DNA of 64,000 nucleotides from positions 69,502,001 through 69,566,000 of the forward strand of contig OX597833.1 of NCBI GenBank assembly GCA_951406725.2. Reading direction: 5' to 3'. The DNA comes from Octopus vulgaris (taxonomy: Eukaryota). Below, one piece after another: positions 1-13,545 of this stretch. A program made the translations under genes and the position numbers. The notes below the pieces were generated by a model. It was not told the DNA's origin, made no database searches, and saw only the letters and a list, made by a program, of their open reading frames with translations. Position 1 is the first letter of the stretch, and each line of letters starts with the position of its first letter.

Positions 1-78
1 AACAGATCAATGACCCTATACTGGGAAATACAGAGACGTTCACACGCTCCGAAATACGTCAAGAACTCTTTAAAAAAA

Positions 79-399
79 GACTCCGCCGGTTACGACGACG
101 AGGGTCCCAGCTGATACGATCAACGGAACAGCTTGCTCGTGAAATTAACGTGCAAATGGCTGAGCATTCCACAGACACGTGTCCCCTTAACGTAGTTCTC
201 GGGGATAATCAGCGTGACACAGAGAGTGACAAGGCTGACCCTTTGAAATACAAGTACAACTCATTTTTGCCAGCTGAGTGGACTGGAGCAACGTGAAATA
301 AAGTGTCTTGCTCAAGGACACAACGCGTCGCCGGGAATCGAACTCACAACCTTACGATCATGAGCCGAATGCCCTAACCACTAAGCCACGCGCCCTCAC
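79..399 (-). mobile_element. tRNA-derived SINE (family B)
   Basis: On the minus strand the head has A-box TGGCTTAGTGG and B-box GAGTTCGATTCC, followed by a GTGTCCTTGAGCAAGACACTTT central domain; homologous segments recur at 4016, 17841, 24440, 31283 and 36790. Confidence 0.85.
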
Positions 400-1876
400 C
401 GTCAAGAGCTATTATCTGAAGTAATGATGTACATAATGAATTCGTATTTAAAAAGCAAATGCTGTAAAGATAACGAGGAAGCAAACAGAGATTACATACT
501 CGGAATTAATTCTGCCCTTGCATCTTAACAGTTCTGAGATACCTTTTAAAATAGGTTTTGAAATAAAATATTTATGAATATTTTCATTTCCTTTAAGATC
601 AATTATTCTTACTTACGTATCCTTCCTTAAAGATTCTGGAGCAGATAACTGTAGTTGAAAATTGAAAAAACATAAATAGTATATGACTAATTCAGATTTG
701 TATATGTTAAATGGGGTTATGAAGTGCAGAAGGGCGATTGGTGTGGGGCAATAGGTGTGGTAAGAAAATAGAAAAATAGAAGAAAAACATGAGGTGGAAG
801 GGCGAATAAGGAAAAAGACCAATTTCGAAGAAAGTCTAAAGAAAAGCACTTGTATATGTTTTTCAATTTCTTTGCTATTATTCTTATAAAGGTAGTCGTT
901 TTGAGTTCTATAATGGTCACTAAAAGATCTTGTTTGCAATTAAATTGAGGTCTCAGGAAATTATTGGAGAATGTACTACTTATCGGTTGTGGAATAATTA
1001 ACACACACAACCTTGCCTGCAATTCTGCATAGTTTAGGCAGTTTTAAATTCTCTCCATGAATGTTATTCAACAGAAGGGCAAAATCTAGCAACCCTCAGA
1101 TATTCTAATTCTCTCTTATTGTCAATTAAATTAACGTCAATAATTAAGTGGTATGCTCAACATTTTTGAGACCGTGGAAAAATGAAGAGAGAAGAAATAC
1201 GATCTACAGTGGGAAATGAACTCTGAACTACAGGATCCAGAACAAGTAACCGCCAAGCATTTCCTGGAAATCTGGGGATCATGCCAACGACCGCCCATTC
1301 ACACTTACACTCACACCTTCAAATAACGTACACACATGCAAACATACATATAAGCATACACCGCATATACGTACACCACATATACATACTCATACAAATT
1401 CATATATAGAAATATATTAAGGCGTATTATGTTCACGTCAAGATGTCTATATAATTAATTCATTCTTAGAGATTATGAGGTTCCCAGGAGATTTATCCGC
1501 CCTTTTTTAATATTCTTGATAAATATATCGATTATTTTCTTTCTACAGAATTTAAAAATTGAGTGATGCGTATACGACTAACAGAACAGGAATATGTTTT
1601 TCGATCCATCAATATATTCGCCTTTTTTTTTTCATTCCATGCTATTTCTAATCCATCACGTTACATTTCCTTTGCATTTATTTAAATTCCTTACCAACAT
1701 ACACCTTCAATCATTGCAATTCATGCGATCTTGTTATTACGAGGGGCAAACAATAGGAACGCGAACTAAAATAAACACTTACATCTGTAGATATTATTCT
1801 TCAATATTATCGATAAATTACATGTACATACATGCAAACACACACACGTGGTGCGCACAGACACACACATACCCAT

Positions 1877-1878
1877 AA

Positions 1879-1909
<31 letters not shown>

Positions 1910-1991
1910 TATATATACGTATATAACCGTATACGTACGCATATATATATATGTGTGTGTGTGTATATATGTATATCTAATTATCTCTATA

Positions 1992-2073
<82 letters not shown>

Positions 2074-2161
2074 TAGATAGATAGATAGATAGCATTAATA
2101 TATATGATAGATAGATAGATAGATAGATAGATCGATATACGCATTAATATATATACATATA

Positions 2162-2226
<65 letters not shown>

Positions 2227-2292
2227 GTATATATATATAGAAACATATGTATATCTGTATATATATACACATATATATATATATATATATGA
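1877..2292. repeat. compound (TA)n/(GATA)n microsatellite
   Basis: Directly visible; source of the YIYI ORFs. Confidence 0.95.
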
Positions 2293-2589
2293 AATACGTT
2301 TCGTGGGCATTTTTTTTTGCTTCTATCGGGAATTATTGCTTTGAATTATGTCTTGGTTTATATTGCATGCGTTAAACTTTTTTTCTGTTCCATTCGCCAA
2401 TTGTAATCCTCCATTCAGTGATGTTCTTTTTCTTCCATTTTTTTTTCTTCCAAAGTTCTTTCGTGTTCATATGTATTAAAATCCCTAGCTTACATGAAGA
2501 ATATTATTATATATATATATATACACACATACATACCCCACACATCCCTATGTACACACATACACACTCACACACACATATATATATAT

Positions 2590-2629
<40 letters not shown>

Positions 2630-3027
2630 ACACACATATATATATATGTATATATGGATTGCACGTGGATGTATGGATATATGCTATTTCTGTAGAGCTT
2701 TGTTAAATGAGAAAAACGAATTTTATATCACTCATATCGCAGCGAACTTTCCTATGCAACCTGCAAATAGACCCGTGTGTTCTAATGTGTTTTTCATGGT
2801 AAATATTTCTCTGATTATTAGACTAGAGAAAGTTTATTTCCACACGTTGCTGTGTCAATAAGATATATTTTTCTATTGCTCTTCTCCGAACTTAGATATT
2901 TCATTTTGAAACACTCCCCATAAAATACATTCTGAAAATTCAAACAGTTTTCTAATACTCATACACATGCGTCTAACCACATCATTTTATGCGGATATAC
3001 AAGCACACACACACATATATATATATT

Positions 3028-3058
<31 letters not shown>

Positions 3059-3239
3059 ATGTATACATACATAAAGGTAGGTAGTTATTAAAGGTTTTCA
3101 ACATAGGGTACATACGTGTACTCCCATATGTGCACAAACACACACCCAAACACATAGATACAGATATACACACACACATACACAGAGATAGGTACATATA
3201 TGTGTATTTAGAGCGGGATATAGGGTGGTAGAGACAGAT

Positions 3240-3279
3240 ATATATATATATAGATAGATAGATAGATAGATAGATATAT

Positions 3280-3314
<35 letters not shown>

Positions 3315-3315
3315 T

Positions 3316-3406
<91 letters not shown>
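3240..3406. repeat. (GATA)n microsatellite
   Basis: Directly visible. Confidence 0.95.
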
Positions 3407-3506
3407 CATGATGGGTTTCAGTCAATGAAATTTAACTCAGTAGAGCAACAGTTGGATATTAATACTATTCCTTGTGCCTAGAGTAGAAAAAAATAGACGA
3501 ATCTAG

Positions 3507-3962
3507 AAGGCGCCGGGCAAAATGCTTCACAGTATTTCGCCCTTCGCTACGTTCTGAGTTCAAATTCCGCCATTGCTTCTGACGGCGAGCTGGCAAAATC
3601 GTTAGCATGCCAAACGAAATGCTTAGCGGTATTTCGTCTGCCGCTGCGTTCTGAGTTCAAATTCCGCCGAGGTCGACTTTACCTTTCATCCTTTCGGGGT
3701 TGATAACTTAAGTACCAGCTACGCACTGGGGACGATGTAATCGACTTAATCTGTTTTCGTCCCCTACGAGTTTAGCCCCTTGTGGGTAGTAAAGAAATAT
3801 GTATTTGGTCTACCGCTACGTTCTGAGTTCAAAATCCGCCGAGGTCGACTATGCCTTTCATACTTTCGTGGTTGATTAAATAAGTACCGGTTACGCACTG
3901 GAGTCGATATAATCAACTTAATCCGTTTGTCTGTCCTTGTTGGCTTTGTGCCAGAAATTGAG
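3507..3962 (+). mobile_element. SINE family C with tandemly repeated internal unit
   Basis: GGCGAGCTGGCA..CGTTAGCA head and B-box-like GAGTTCAAATTCC occurring three times; same family at 8393, 13141, 25894, 26645 and 41545. Confidence 0.8.
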
Positions 3963-4015
3963 ACCAAAATTAGGTGAAAATCATGTTTAGACAACGTAAT
4001 TATATTAATGAACTG

Positions 4016-4331
4016 AGGAAGGAGCGCGGCTTAGTTGTTAGGGACATTCGGGTCACGATCGTGAGTTCGATTTCGAGCTGAGTATGTTATGTCCTTGAAG
4101 GAGACACTTTATTTCACGTTGTTCCAGTCTGGTTGACTTCAAAATATGAGTAGTATTTGAATTCCAAAAGGCTACCCCATCGTATTCTGTATTAGGATGA
4201 TTATCCCTGAAAATTAGATTAAGGGTAGGCGTATCTGTGAAAGGCTTAGCTTGATGCACGTTAATTTCGCGAGCAGGCTGTCTCGTTGATCGGATCAGCT
4301 GGAAAACTCGTCGTCGTAACAGACGGAGTGG
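4016..4331 (+). mobile_element. SINE family B, diverged copy
   Basis: Reverse-complement homologue of 79-399; B-box GAGTTCGATT. Confidence 0.75.
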
Positions 4332-4897
4332 CAGCTTATATTAACGAGTTATGTACAAATAATTTTCAATGTCCATCAATCTGTCGGCAGCAATTCATTG
4401 TGGTTTATTTAATTCTGATGAATTGTAGCAAGGGAGATGAAAGGGTGGCGGTAAAATAATTTGATGAGAGTTAAAAAGATTTCAGAAGCACTGATGTAGG
4501 CAGACAAAGAAAATATACAAGAAATGAAAAATATGTCTCCCGGTTAGGAGATCTGTAAATGAAAGACAACTGAGGTCGTTGCCGCAGGAGGTATTTCTCT
4601 AAAAAAAAATTGAAAACGATATTAAAAAGGAATTGTGGAAGCAATATATAATAGCAGTCAGGTTATGTCTTGTTTGTTGTTATCAATTTGAAATATAGCG
4701 CTTTAAGACGCATACAGAACAGTCCACTACACGCATACATAGACACAGATAGACAGGTAAATGGTGTCTCATTTTTCAATAAAGAATGGTATACAGACAC
4801 ACTCTCCTCGCCCAAATCGACAGACACAATCTCACCCATATGTGCTTATGTATATGTATGTATGTTATGCTTATATATCTATATCTACCCATCATTC

Positions 4898-4914
4898 TAT
4901 ATATATATATATAG

Positions 4915-5007
<93 letters not shown>

Positions 5008-5046
5008 AAGAAATAGAGAGAGAGAGAGAGAAAGAGAAAGAAAGAA

Positions 5047-5077
<31 letters not shown>

Positions 5078-5088
5078 TAGATAGATAT

Positions 5089-5120
<32 letters not shown>
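4898..5120. repeat. compound (TA)n(GA)n(GACA)n(GATA)n microsatellite
   Basis: Directly visible. Confidence 0.95.
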
Positions 5121-5122
<2 letters not shown>

Positions 5123-5948
5123 TGGGTCATCCCATAAATAATGCGGTGTTTTAATATGAAAATTAAGTTAGACAAAATTGGTTTTTAATGTAAAATATAC
5201 TCTCGTTTATTTTCTACAGTGCTCTCCCATCTATCTGGTAGATTTGCGAGCCCTCTCTTTAGAAAATCACTTGTCCACGACGAATAACACTCCTCCAGCA
5301 CTCTTCTGATCTTGTCTACAGAATTTTTTCGTTCAAATGAATTTGAAGACTGCAGAATAAATATGAATAATCAGATGGAGCAATGCACGGCGAACAAGGT
5401 GGATGGGTCATCGTTTCTCATTCAAACTGCCCCAGACTTTGGAATATCATCCTCGCTATATGTGGCCAACTTTTATCCTGATGGAAGAACACATTTCTTT
5501 CGCCTTAAAACCAAAGGCGGTCGTTTTCCGATGACACGCAGGAGTTTATGAATGGTTGAATTACCAAATCCAAGCTCCTCTGCTAGTTCCTCAACAGTTA
5601 TGATGGGAATTTATACCACCAAGGTTTGCAGGACGTCGTCGACGAGTTCTACAGATCTTCCAGGACGAGGCTCGTCTTCTAAGTTGTAGTTAGCGTCTCG
5701 GAATTTCTGGAACCGCCACTGACACTGGCTTACGCTGATTGTCCGATCTCCATATACTGAATTAATATTCCTCGCACTTTTTCCCATTATTGAAGTAAGA
5801 AAGCAAAATATGCCGAACATGATCCATTGCGATTCCCAATATAGCTTTAAAAAAATAAGTATTAGAATCGAACTGCACTCTTCAAAACTGGCACTAAGAT
5901 TAAGAAAAAAATTTAAAATTACTACCTGCTTTTATAGCAAGTTGATAC
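5121..5948 (-). mobile_element. decayed Tc1/mariner (mariner-type) transposon
   Basis: N-terminal HTH-like RNINSVYGDRTISVSQCQWRFQKFRDANYNLEDEPRPGRS (5611-5820); C-terminal GLANLPDRWESTVENKREY (~5190-5255); one TIR-like end ATTGGGTCATCCCATAAATAATGCGG at 5121. Frameshifted and internally deleted; second TIR not seen. Confidence 0.85.
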
Positions 5949-6427
5949 AAAATAGGGCAAGCTTCGAACACTAATCAGAAGCAAGACAGCTGCGATAGAA
6001 GCCACGTCTGTCTATTTGCACTTTTAGGAAATCAGTGTAAATTGTGAAACCGGTTAAAGCTTTCAATATATTAATAAAAAATATTGTAACTATCCTCAGT
6101 GTATTTTCAGGTTCTACTTTTCCTATATATCTACCCGTGTGGAATAAAATAACGTTTTTTCTATGTGTGGAGGTGTTAGTAAATAGATATACTTAAATAT
6201 ATGTGTGTGTGTGTGTATGTGTGTATATTTATACATATATGCATATATACGTAAGTATATACATATATAATTATATTTTGTAAGCATTTATGTATGTGTA
6301 TATATATATATACACACATGCATACATATATATATATATGTGTATATATATACATATATATATATATATATGTGTGTATGTGTGTAAGTATATTTATATT
6401 TATATATTTTGTAAGCATTTATGTATG

Positions 6428-6467
<40 letters not shown>

Positions 6468-6799
6468 AATATATTTTATGTTATGTGTGCGTGCTTCTGT
6501 GCGTGGCATATGTGTGTGTGTCTGTGTATATACACATTATAAAGCACCACACGTTACCATATAGATTAGGGCAAGAAATTCAAACGACATTAATCTCCCA
6601 TATTCCAATACTGTACACTTAAAAGCGTATAAAGCAACGTATATTTGGATTGAGGCTATAACACAGAAGAGATTTTCAAAGTTGAAGTAATCTGTGTTTT
6701 CTCTAATTACTTCAAGTCTCTCTCTCTTATATACACATATAAAATGTGTGTTTGTGCTGATATATCCGTGTACCTATAAAGATATATATCTATATATGC

Positions 6800-6840
<41 letters not shown>

Positions 6841-7739
6841 TATATATTCATATTTATACACATATATATACATATATATATATACATGTGTGTATATATG
6901 TAAATGGATACATAAGTATGTGTGTCTTTATAGGTGTATAAATATTCATGCGTACATATATGCGGTTATATCCTTGTGTATATATGCATGTATATAGATA
7001 CAAGCATATACTTATGTATATGTGTATATACATACACACACACATACACACACACACATATATATATGTGTGTGTGTGCATATAAAGATAGGTGTATAAT
7101 ATATACATGTGTGTGTGTGTGTATGTGCCTTGGCATAGTCGCAGATCTCAAGGTGAAACTGGTAAAATACGCACACACACACACACACGTACACTCACAC
7201 ACACGCACGCATACACACACACGCATACACACAGCACACACGCGCGCACACACAGAATACAGCGTGAAGCACTACATCTAGGATGGTAAATGCTTGGAAT
7301 CCATATCGAAGATCTCTGTGTTTGACAACGACTTAACTCGAAGCTACCGTAAAACTTCAAAGCCTTATCAGTCCTCCGCTACATTTAGGCAGCCAAGCCA
7401 GATTCCACAGTATTCCACTACTTTAAACGATATCACTTCTATGGTATTCACTGTACGTACATAGTGGTGTTTAATTTTATGAGGCTTTATAAGAGGCCCT
7501 ATATTCTATGCGATGTGGGTGGGCACTACTACAAATCTCTTATACAATAGAGTGTAAGTTTGGCATTGGAGACACATTATGGTGGTGTTGTAAATAGTTA
7601 CTGCCCATTAAATTTGACGGGTATCACAAGTAGAAACAGCAAGAATTGATGCGCAAAGAAATAAGAATATGCTTCAGTAGAGACACTGTGAGGCGGATAG
7701 ACGAACTGCCCAGTGCTAGAATATTTGCAATGGTTTTAA

Positions 7740-7960
7740 CCCTTTCGATACCAACCTGCCTGAAACCATCTCTGGATCTGTAGTATAAATGTCTTGTTTT
7801 CATAAGTTCTGAATTAAAATCTTCCACCAAACCTTAGTCACAATTTATGTTCCTAACATTAGCTGAATAATTAATAAGTCATTTTACTAAATTCTTCGTT
7901 ATATTTAAAGTAATTGAAAGAAACACAAAACATCTCAATGGAAATATGGTAACGAAAGGG
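7740..7960. mobile_element. piggyBac-type MITE (221 bp)
   Basis: TTAA on both sides; TIRs CCCTTTCGATACCA / TGGTAACGAAAGGG. Confidence 0.85.
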
Positions 7961-8058
7961 TTAAAGACAGTCAGTCAAATGTGTCTTCATTTTGCACAAG
8001 ATTTGGCTGCTATATCTAACAAGTCAAACAACTATATGAAACAAAATCAGCAAATTAA

Positions 8059-8279
8059 CGTTTTTGACACCAACCTGGCTGTAACCACCTCTGGATATGT
8101 AGTATAACTGTCTTGTTTTCATAAGTTCTGAATTAAAATCTTCCACCAAACCTTAGTCACAATTTATGTTCCTAACATTAGCTGAATAATTAATAAGTCA
8201 TTTTACTAAATTCTTCGTTATATTTAAAGTAATTGAAAGAAACACAGAGCATCTGAAAATAAATAGAGTGACGAAAGGG
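8059..8279. mobile_element. second copy of the piggyBac-type MITE
   Basis: Same length, TTAA flanks, right TIR CGAAAGGG intact, left TIR degenerate. Confidence 0.8.
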
Positions 8280-8392
8280 TTAATAAAGTAAAAGTAATAT
8301 ATCCACATTGTGAGGTTTTGGATTACTTTCCTCAGTTCTCACTCGAATCCATGTCGAAGCCTTTCGGATATAAGAAGTTGTTTCGAATATTA

Positions 8393-8530
8393 GAAATTGG
8401 TAGAATCGTTAGCACGTCTGGCAAAGTGTTCGCAGCATTTCGTCCTGAGTTCGAATTCCGCCGATGTAGACCTTGCTTTCCAACCTTCCGCGGTCTTTAA
8501 AATAAGTATCTATTGCTTGCTGGAATGGAT
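8393..8530 (+). mobile_element. SINE family C fragment
   Basis: Diverged match to 3583-3740. Confidence 0.6.
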
Positions 8531-8539
8531 GTAAATCTT

Positions 8540-8762
8540 AAACTTAGATAAACTTAGATATGTTTCGACCAAAGATTGGTCATGGCCATGTCTAACTTAA
8601 TAGCACCACCTGATAGGATTATTCGAATCCTGTTTAAGGCAAGTTTTGTTTAAGTCAAGTTTTGTTCAAGTAGTGAGTTCTTGTTGGGTGAGTTGTATCC
8701 AATTATGGGTGGCTTATCTGGTATTCTTTGAAGGAATCTATCCAGACTCCGTTTAAAGTTGT
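8540..8762 (-). mobile_element. 3' end of CR1/L2-group LINE
   Basis: Minus frame NFKRSLDRFLQRIPDKPPIIGYNSPNKNSLLEQ resembles a CR1-group ORF2 C-terminus; followed by a 3' hairpin GACCA..TGGTC-GAAAC and an (ATCTAAGTTT)2 tail. Confidence 0.7.
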
Positions 8763-8949
8763 AGTAGACTGAATACCTCCCCCGAAATTACTCCCGATGA
8801 GCCAAAATTTGAAATCAATATTAGAATTTGATCCGAAATATGGTGGGAAAAATCTAATTTGTTACTTTGGAAAAAAATTGATTCCTTAGTCCATTATATG
8901 CATCTAAATTTCTATTTAAACTAGAACGGTGCGTGTGAATGGGAGCGGA

Positions 8950-9028
8950 CAAAATTAACTATGGAAGCAAAGGCAAGAAATAACCGCCAAAATTAACTAT
9001 GGAAGCAAAGGCAAGAAATAAACCGCCA
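8950..9028. repeat. ~38-bp tandem duplication
   Basis: CAAAATTAACTATGGAAGCAAAGGCAAGAAATAA(A)CCGC x2. Confidence 0.85.
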
Positions 9029-9525
9029 GCTGATAACTGTCAAATCGAAGCAAAGCCGCTGATAATACTGCCAATCACATGATTAACTGGAGAGAGAACC
9101 ACCCGCTGATTACTCTCAAAACGAACCAAGGCCAATGACGCATAGTGAAACCCACGCGATTAACCTGGTGCAGGGTTCCCTGTTGATACCTGTCAAAAGA
9201 GCGGTGGTTGTTGATTTTACTTGCAACCGCGTAAATAATTCTAAAACTAAAACATTTTCTGATATCAAGTCAATATGAAGGAGTCATTAACAGTACTAGC
9301 GTCCACATAACCAATCATATGACCCACTACGTCATACAGCACATGTCAAATTATAAAAAAGATTTTCAGCACCTATTGATATCCCCAAAAAGTATTCCAT
9401 TCCATTATTTTATACTCACCGGTGGGTACCCTGTACTAAAGTCAATTGCTACTAACAGCCGCACTGGGTGTTCTAGACGCAGAACTTCTTTCGAACATCG
9501 TACATATATATATATATTTATATAT

Positions 9526-9919
9526 ACTCTTTTACTCTTTTACTTGTTTTAGTCATGTGACTGTGGCCATGCTGGAGCACCGCCTTTAGTCGAGCACATC
9601 GACCCCAGGACTTATTCTTTGTAAGCCCAGTACTTATACGATCGGTCTCTTTTGCCGAACCGCTAAGTTACGGGGACGTAATTACAGCATCGATTGTCAA
9701 GCGATGTTGGGGGGTGGGACAAACACAAACACACACACACATATATATATATACATATATAAGACGAACTTCTTTCAGTTTCCGTCTACCAAATCCACTC
9801 ACAAGGCTTTGGTCGGCCCGAGGCTATAGTAGAAGACACTCGCCCAAGGTGCCACGCAGTGGGACTGAACCCGGAACCATGCGGTTGGTAAGCAAGCTAC
9901 TCACCACACAGCCACTCCT
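9526..9919 (-). mobile_element. tRNA-derived SINE family A (internal CA/TA microsatellite)
   Basis: Head with A-box TGGCTGTGTGG and B-box GGTTCAGTCCC, CCTTGGGC.AGTGTCTTC domain, (AGTAAAAG)n tail; more than 10 copies in the window. Confidence 0.9.
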
Positions 9920-11341
9920 ATATGTGACATAGTATTTTAATACACACACACAGAGACATACACACACACACATACACATACACACGCACATATAACGTTA
10001 TTACTTTAGTAACACTGTTACTCTCAAAATTCACAAATATTTCAAAATTCTCAAATTTATCTTTCAATTATTCTCAGAAGGCTAACTTTCACAATGAATT
10101 CTTTTGCAACAAATAATGGAATGTCTGATTGCTATAATTTGACAATATCTTGTTTTCATTAACCTATATGTTGCATCACCGTGACAGTTTCCAATTAAAG
10201 TTTTCATTTAAAATATTCGCAACTAATATAACCAAACGAGTTTGTTAACTTCATGGAATTGCGCAAATTAATTATTTTCATCTTCAGTTGATTCGTCCAA
10301 ATCGTTAATAATTAATGGATGTCGATTAATTGAGGCAAAAATGACAGGTTAAATGAAAATTTGTTGACGATTAAATATCGAAAAAATAGAAGTTAGAAAA
10401 ATATTTTCAACTTCATATTGTAAAACTGATGAGGATTAAATAAATATAACATTATGTACTTTATCCCAGATGCTTTAAAGATAATACAGGAGTGTAAATG
10501 AAACTTGTAGAAGCAAGAATGAACAAACACCCAGGATGTCTGAGAAGTGTATCTGAAAAGAGGAACCTTGAAATAATACGTGCATCAAACTTTAGTGAAG
10601 ACATGAGGTCACATCAATTTTTAAATACGATAAAAATACACACACTAAAATAACATTATTCCAAATGTATGTTCGTTTACTGAAGAAAAATTCCAGCTAT
10701 GGTAGCTATGGCAACATCAAGAACTAAAGACAATCAAGCGACACTTCAGGAACAGCATGAAGACACAAAAATAAACCGAATAACCTAGCCGTCCTTAGTA
10801 TGAGATCAGACATGTGAAGAGAAATGACGTTAATGAAATAAAATTCACAAACATTTACTTTGAAAGTGCACGTAAATCATGTTTTGGTTAGTTATGAGAA
10901 TTCTTTATTCTGTATCATTCAACTCATTAAAGCAGTCCTTGACAAAAGTGTTTCTCATTAAATTATCAAATTACCTGAACAGATATTTTTCCTGTGATAT
11001 ATTTTTTCTTTACTTAGAACGATACTTTTGTTTCAGCCACTCCATGGAGGCGTCACTTTAAATAATTTAAGAAGAAACGAAACTGTTATATTATTCACGT
11101 TTTGACGCTTTCTTCAGATGTTGAAATTGTCGTCGTTCTCTTAAGTTCTTCTTCTTAGATCACTCTGGGGAGTTATTGATACTACATTGTCTAAAGGACT
11201 AATTGCACTATATTCAAACTACTAATAACAGTGTAATTCTCTCTTATAATAGAAAGAAAATCAAAAGTCTTCAATTAAGTTTTATGCCTGAGCCATTTGT
11301 TCGTAGCATTTCATGTCTGCTGCTGTTGTTTATATCCAGTT

Positions 11342-11659
11342 TCATGTACTGAGAATCCACAAGATAAACGCACCCCAAGTCAGGAACATACTTATTAATA
11401 TCAGATAAATCATCGTCATGGCTCGGCTTCGCGAACGAAGATCAGGAAGGCTGTCCACGTCGCGTGCATGCACGCTCATGACTGACAAGTCCGATATAGG
11501 AAAGGCAGGTCCTTGAGTAGCGTCCACAGACGAAGGTAACATCCGGTGTGGTGCCAGAGGCGGCTCGCGCCTTCCTCCTGCATCTCCTGTCTTTAAGCGC
11601 GTCTCTCCTTTGTTCCTGAAACTTGCCGACTGCGTTGAAGATCGTATGGCGCCAGACAT
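11342..11659 (-). CDS. candidate small protein (~105 aa) with C-terminal transmembrane helix; unknown function
   Basis: GC/CpG-rich, non-repetitive ORF MSGAIRSSTQ...TMIYLILISMFLTWGAFILWILST* inside a ~2.3-kb microsatellite-free block; minus-strand AATAAA near 10904-10909. No family recognised; could be a terminal exon or non-coding. Confidence 0.4.
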   Translation of the reverse strand: MSGAIRSSTQSASFRNKGETRLKTGDAGGRREPPLAPHRMLPSSVDATQGPAFPISDLSVMSVHARDVDSLPDLRSRSRAMTMIYLILISMFLTWGAFILWILST

Positions 11660-12619
11660 CACGGTCTGCAGCCTCAAGAAGTCTCTAACAGCATGTCATA
11701 TTAACCACCAATCGGATAAATAATGATGCACTATATGGTCTTCGTTTAAAACTAGTTTGATACGATTACGATTTGCGTATTACTAAGCTGCTATTTCTTG
11801 CAATAGGCGTAACCACGTAGTGCCCCCGTCGGTTTACGAGATGTTGTCTAAACACTGGCAAGATTGTCGCAGAATTAATACATTCAGTGGGTATTGATAT
11901 TTGAAATATGAAATGGAACGTTTTTGTCAGGATTTCTGCTAAGTGATTTTTGTCTGACTTCACTCTCTAAATTGAAGGGACACCAAACATCCCAAATTTT
12001 ATCAATAATCATTCTAACATGCTATAGTGTGTTTTCAACAATAAATAACCATATCTCGTGTGTACCTACCATAAGTGTTGAAATTATTGTTGCTACTCGA
12101 CAGAATGAGAGAAAGCGAAATCAGTCGTAGAATTATATGGAAGTGCGTCGACTGTTGTATTCTATCGATGTTAGGAATAAAGTGAATCAATACTGACCAT
12201 CAAGTTGATGGATTTGAAGAAATGTCAATAGATTTTCAGGTTTTCATGTAAAGTGTTATTTCGATTGGGTCGGTGAGACATTTAACCAATTAGTTAATTA
12301 ATAAGAGACTGGATAACAATATTTCTCAGAGTGGATATATTAGTAGACATACGGTAACGATGTTTCAAATCCGGTTTTGGTCATCCATATATAAAAATGT
12401 GTGTGTGTGTGTGTGTTTGTGTGTGGAGATAAACGAAAGGATTATCATTGCTGACAGCGATTTAGCGATATCTCGGACAAGAGAAAGAAAAGATGTACAA
12501 ATGAACTATAGTATTCGAGCACGCGCGTACATAAAAACACACGGATACATACATGTACGTACGTACGTGCATATACGCATACATACATGCATACGTTCAT
12601 ACATGCATACATACATACA

Positions 12620-12653
<34 letters not shown>

Positions 12654-13140
12654 CATACATACATACATACATACATGTCATATCATACTGGTACATTTTG
12701 CCAAACGACAATAATTCGTGACATTTGTTGTTAGTAATTTAAGTGAAGAATTGCACTTGTCCTTCGTGCTCACGAATTCCAGCGGACGACCAATGGATAT
12801 GGAGTATCTGACTAAACAAATACTCTGATCGCAGTACGTAATGAAAACCAGCGATGTGTCTTCCGAAGAAATGATACACTGTACCTTTGCGTTATCAAAG
12901 GTACAGTGGTATTTATTGCATTCTCCGCACAATAAATCTAGGTAGATCTAGAGACCTGTTATATTGGTCGTAGAAGGTGGTAAGAAACTCTATGCATAGC
13001 GTTGAAAACCGAAAATAGGTGACAGAGAATAACACGGACTAATACGCTAATAAACCTGGCCACAGGTTTGTATGTAGTGTATATGACGAAAAATACATCG
13101 TTGGCTTAAAGCAAATTTCATGTTATAATATGTATATATT

Positions 13141-13545
13141 TCTTTACTACCGACAGAGGGATAAATACAGAGGGGACAAACAAGGACAGACAAAGGGGTT
13201 AAGTCGGTTACATTGACCCCAGTGCCTAATTGGTACTTAATTTATCGACCCCGAAAGGATGAAAGGCAAAGTCGACCTCGGCGGAATTTGAACTCGGAAC
13301 GTAACGACAGACGAAATACGTATTTCTATATTACCCACAAGGGGCTAAACATAGAGGATACAAACATACAGGGTATTAAGTCGATTATATCGACCCCAGT
13401 GCTTAACTGGTACTTAATTTATCGACCCCGAAAGGATGAAAGGCAAAGTCGACCTCGGCGGAATTTGAACTCGGAACGTAACGACAGACGAAATACTGCT
13501 AAGCATTTCGCCCAGCGTGCTAACGATTCTGCCAGCTCGCTGCCT
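13141..13545 (-). mobile_element. SINE family C with duplicated ~178-bp internal unit
   Basis: Reverse complement of 3583-3960; the unit repeats twice (the repeated ORF text YLIYRPRKDERQ...). Confidence 0.85.

Noticed and set aside
6040-6082. GAAACCGGTT followed by AATAAA (HHR-like 3' half)
   Set aside because: No core or stem II found upstream.
9714-9932. Recurrent ORF text SFRLPNPLTRLWSARGYSRRH
   Set aside because: Antisense reading of the SINE family A head.
10426-10470. CTGATGA-GGAT..ATCC
   Set aside because: Not followed by GAAA; consistent with chance.
12678-12932. Cys-rich 84-aa ORF
   Set aside because: Non-ATG start and no recognisable domain spacing.
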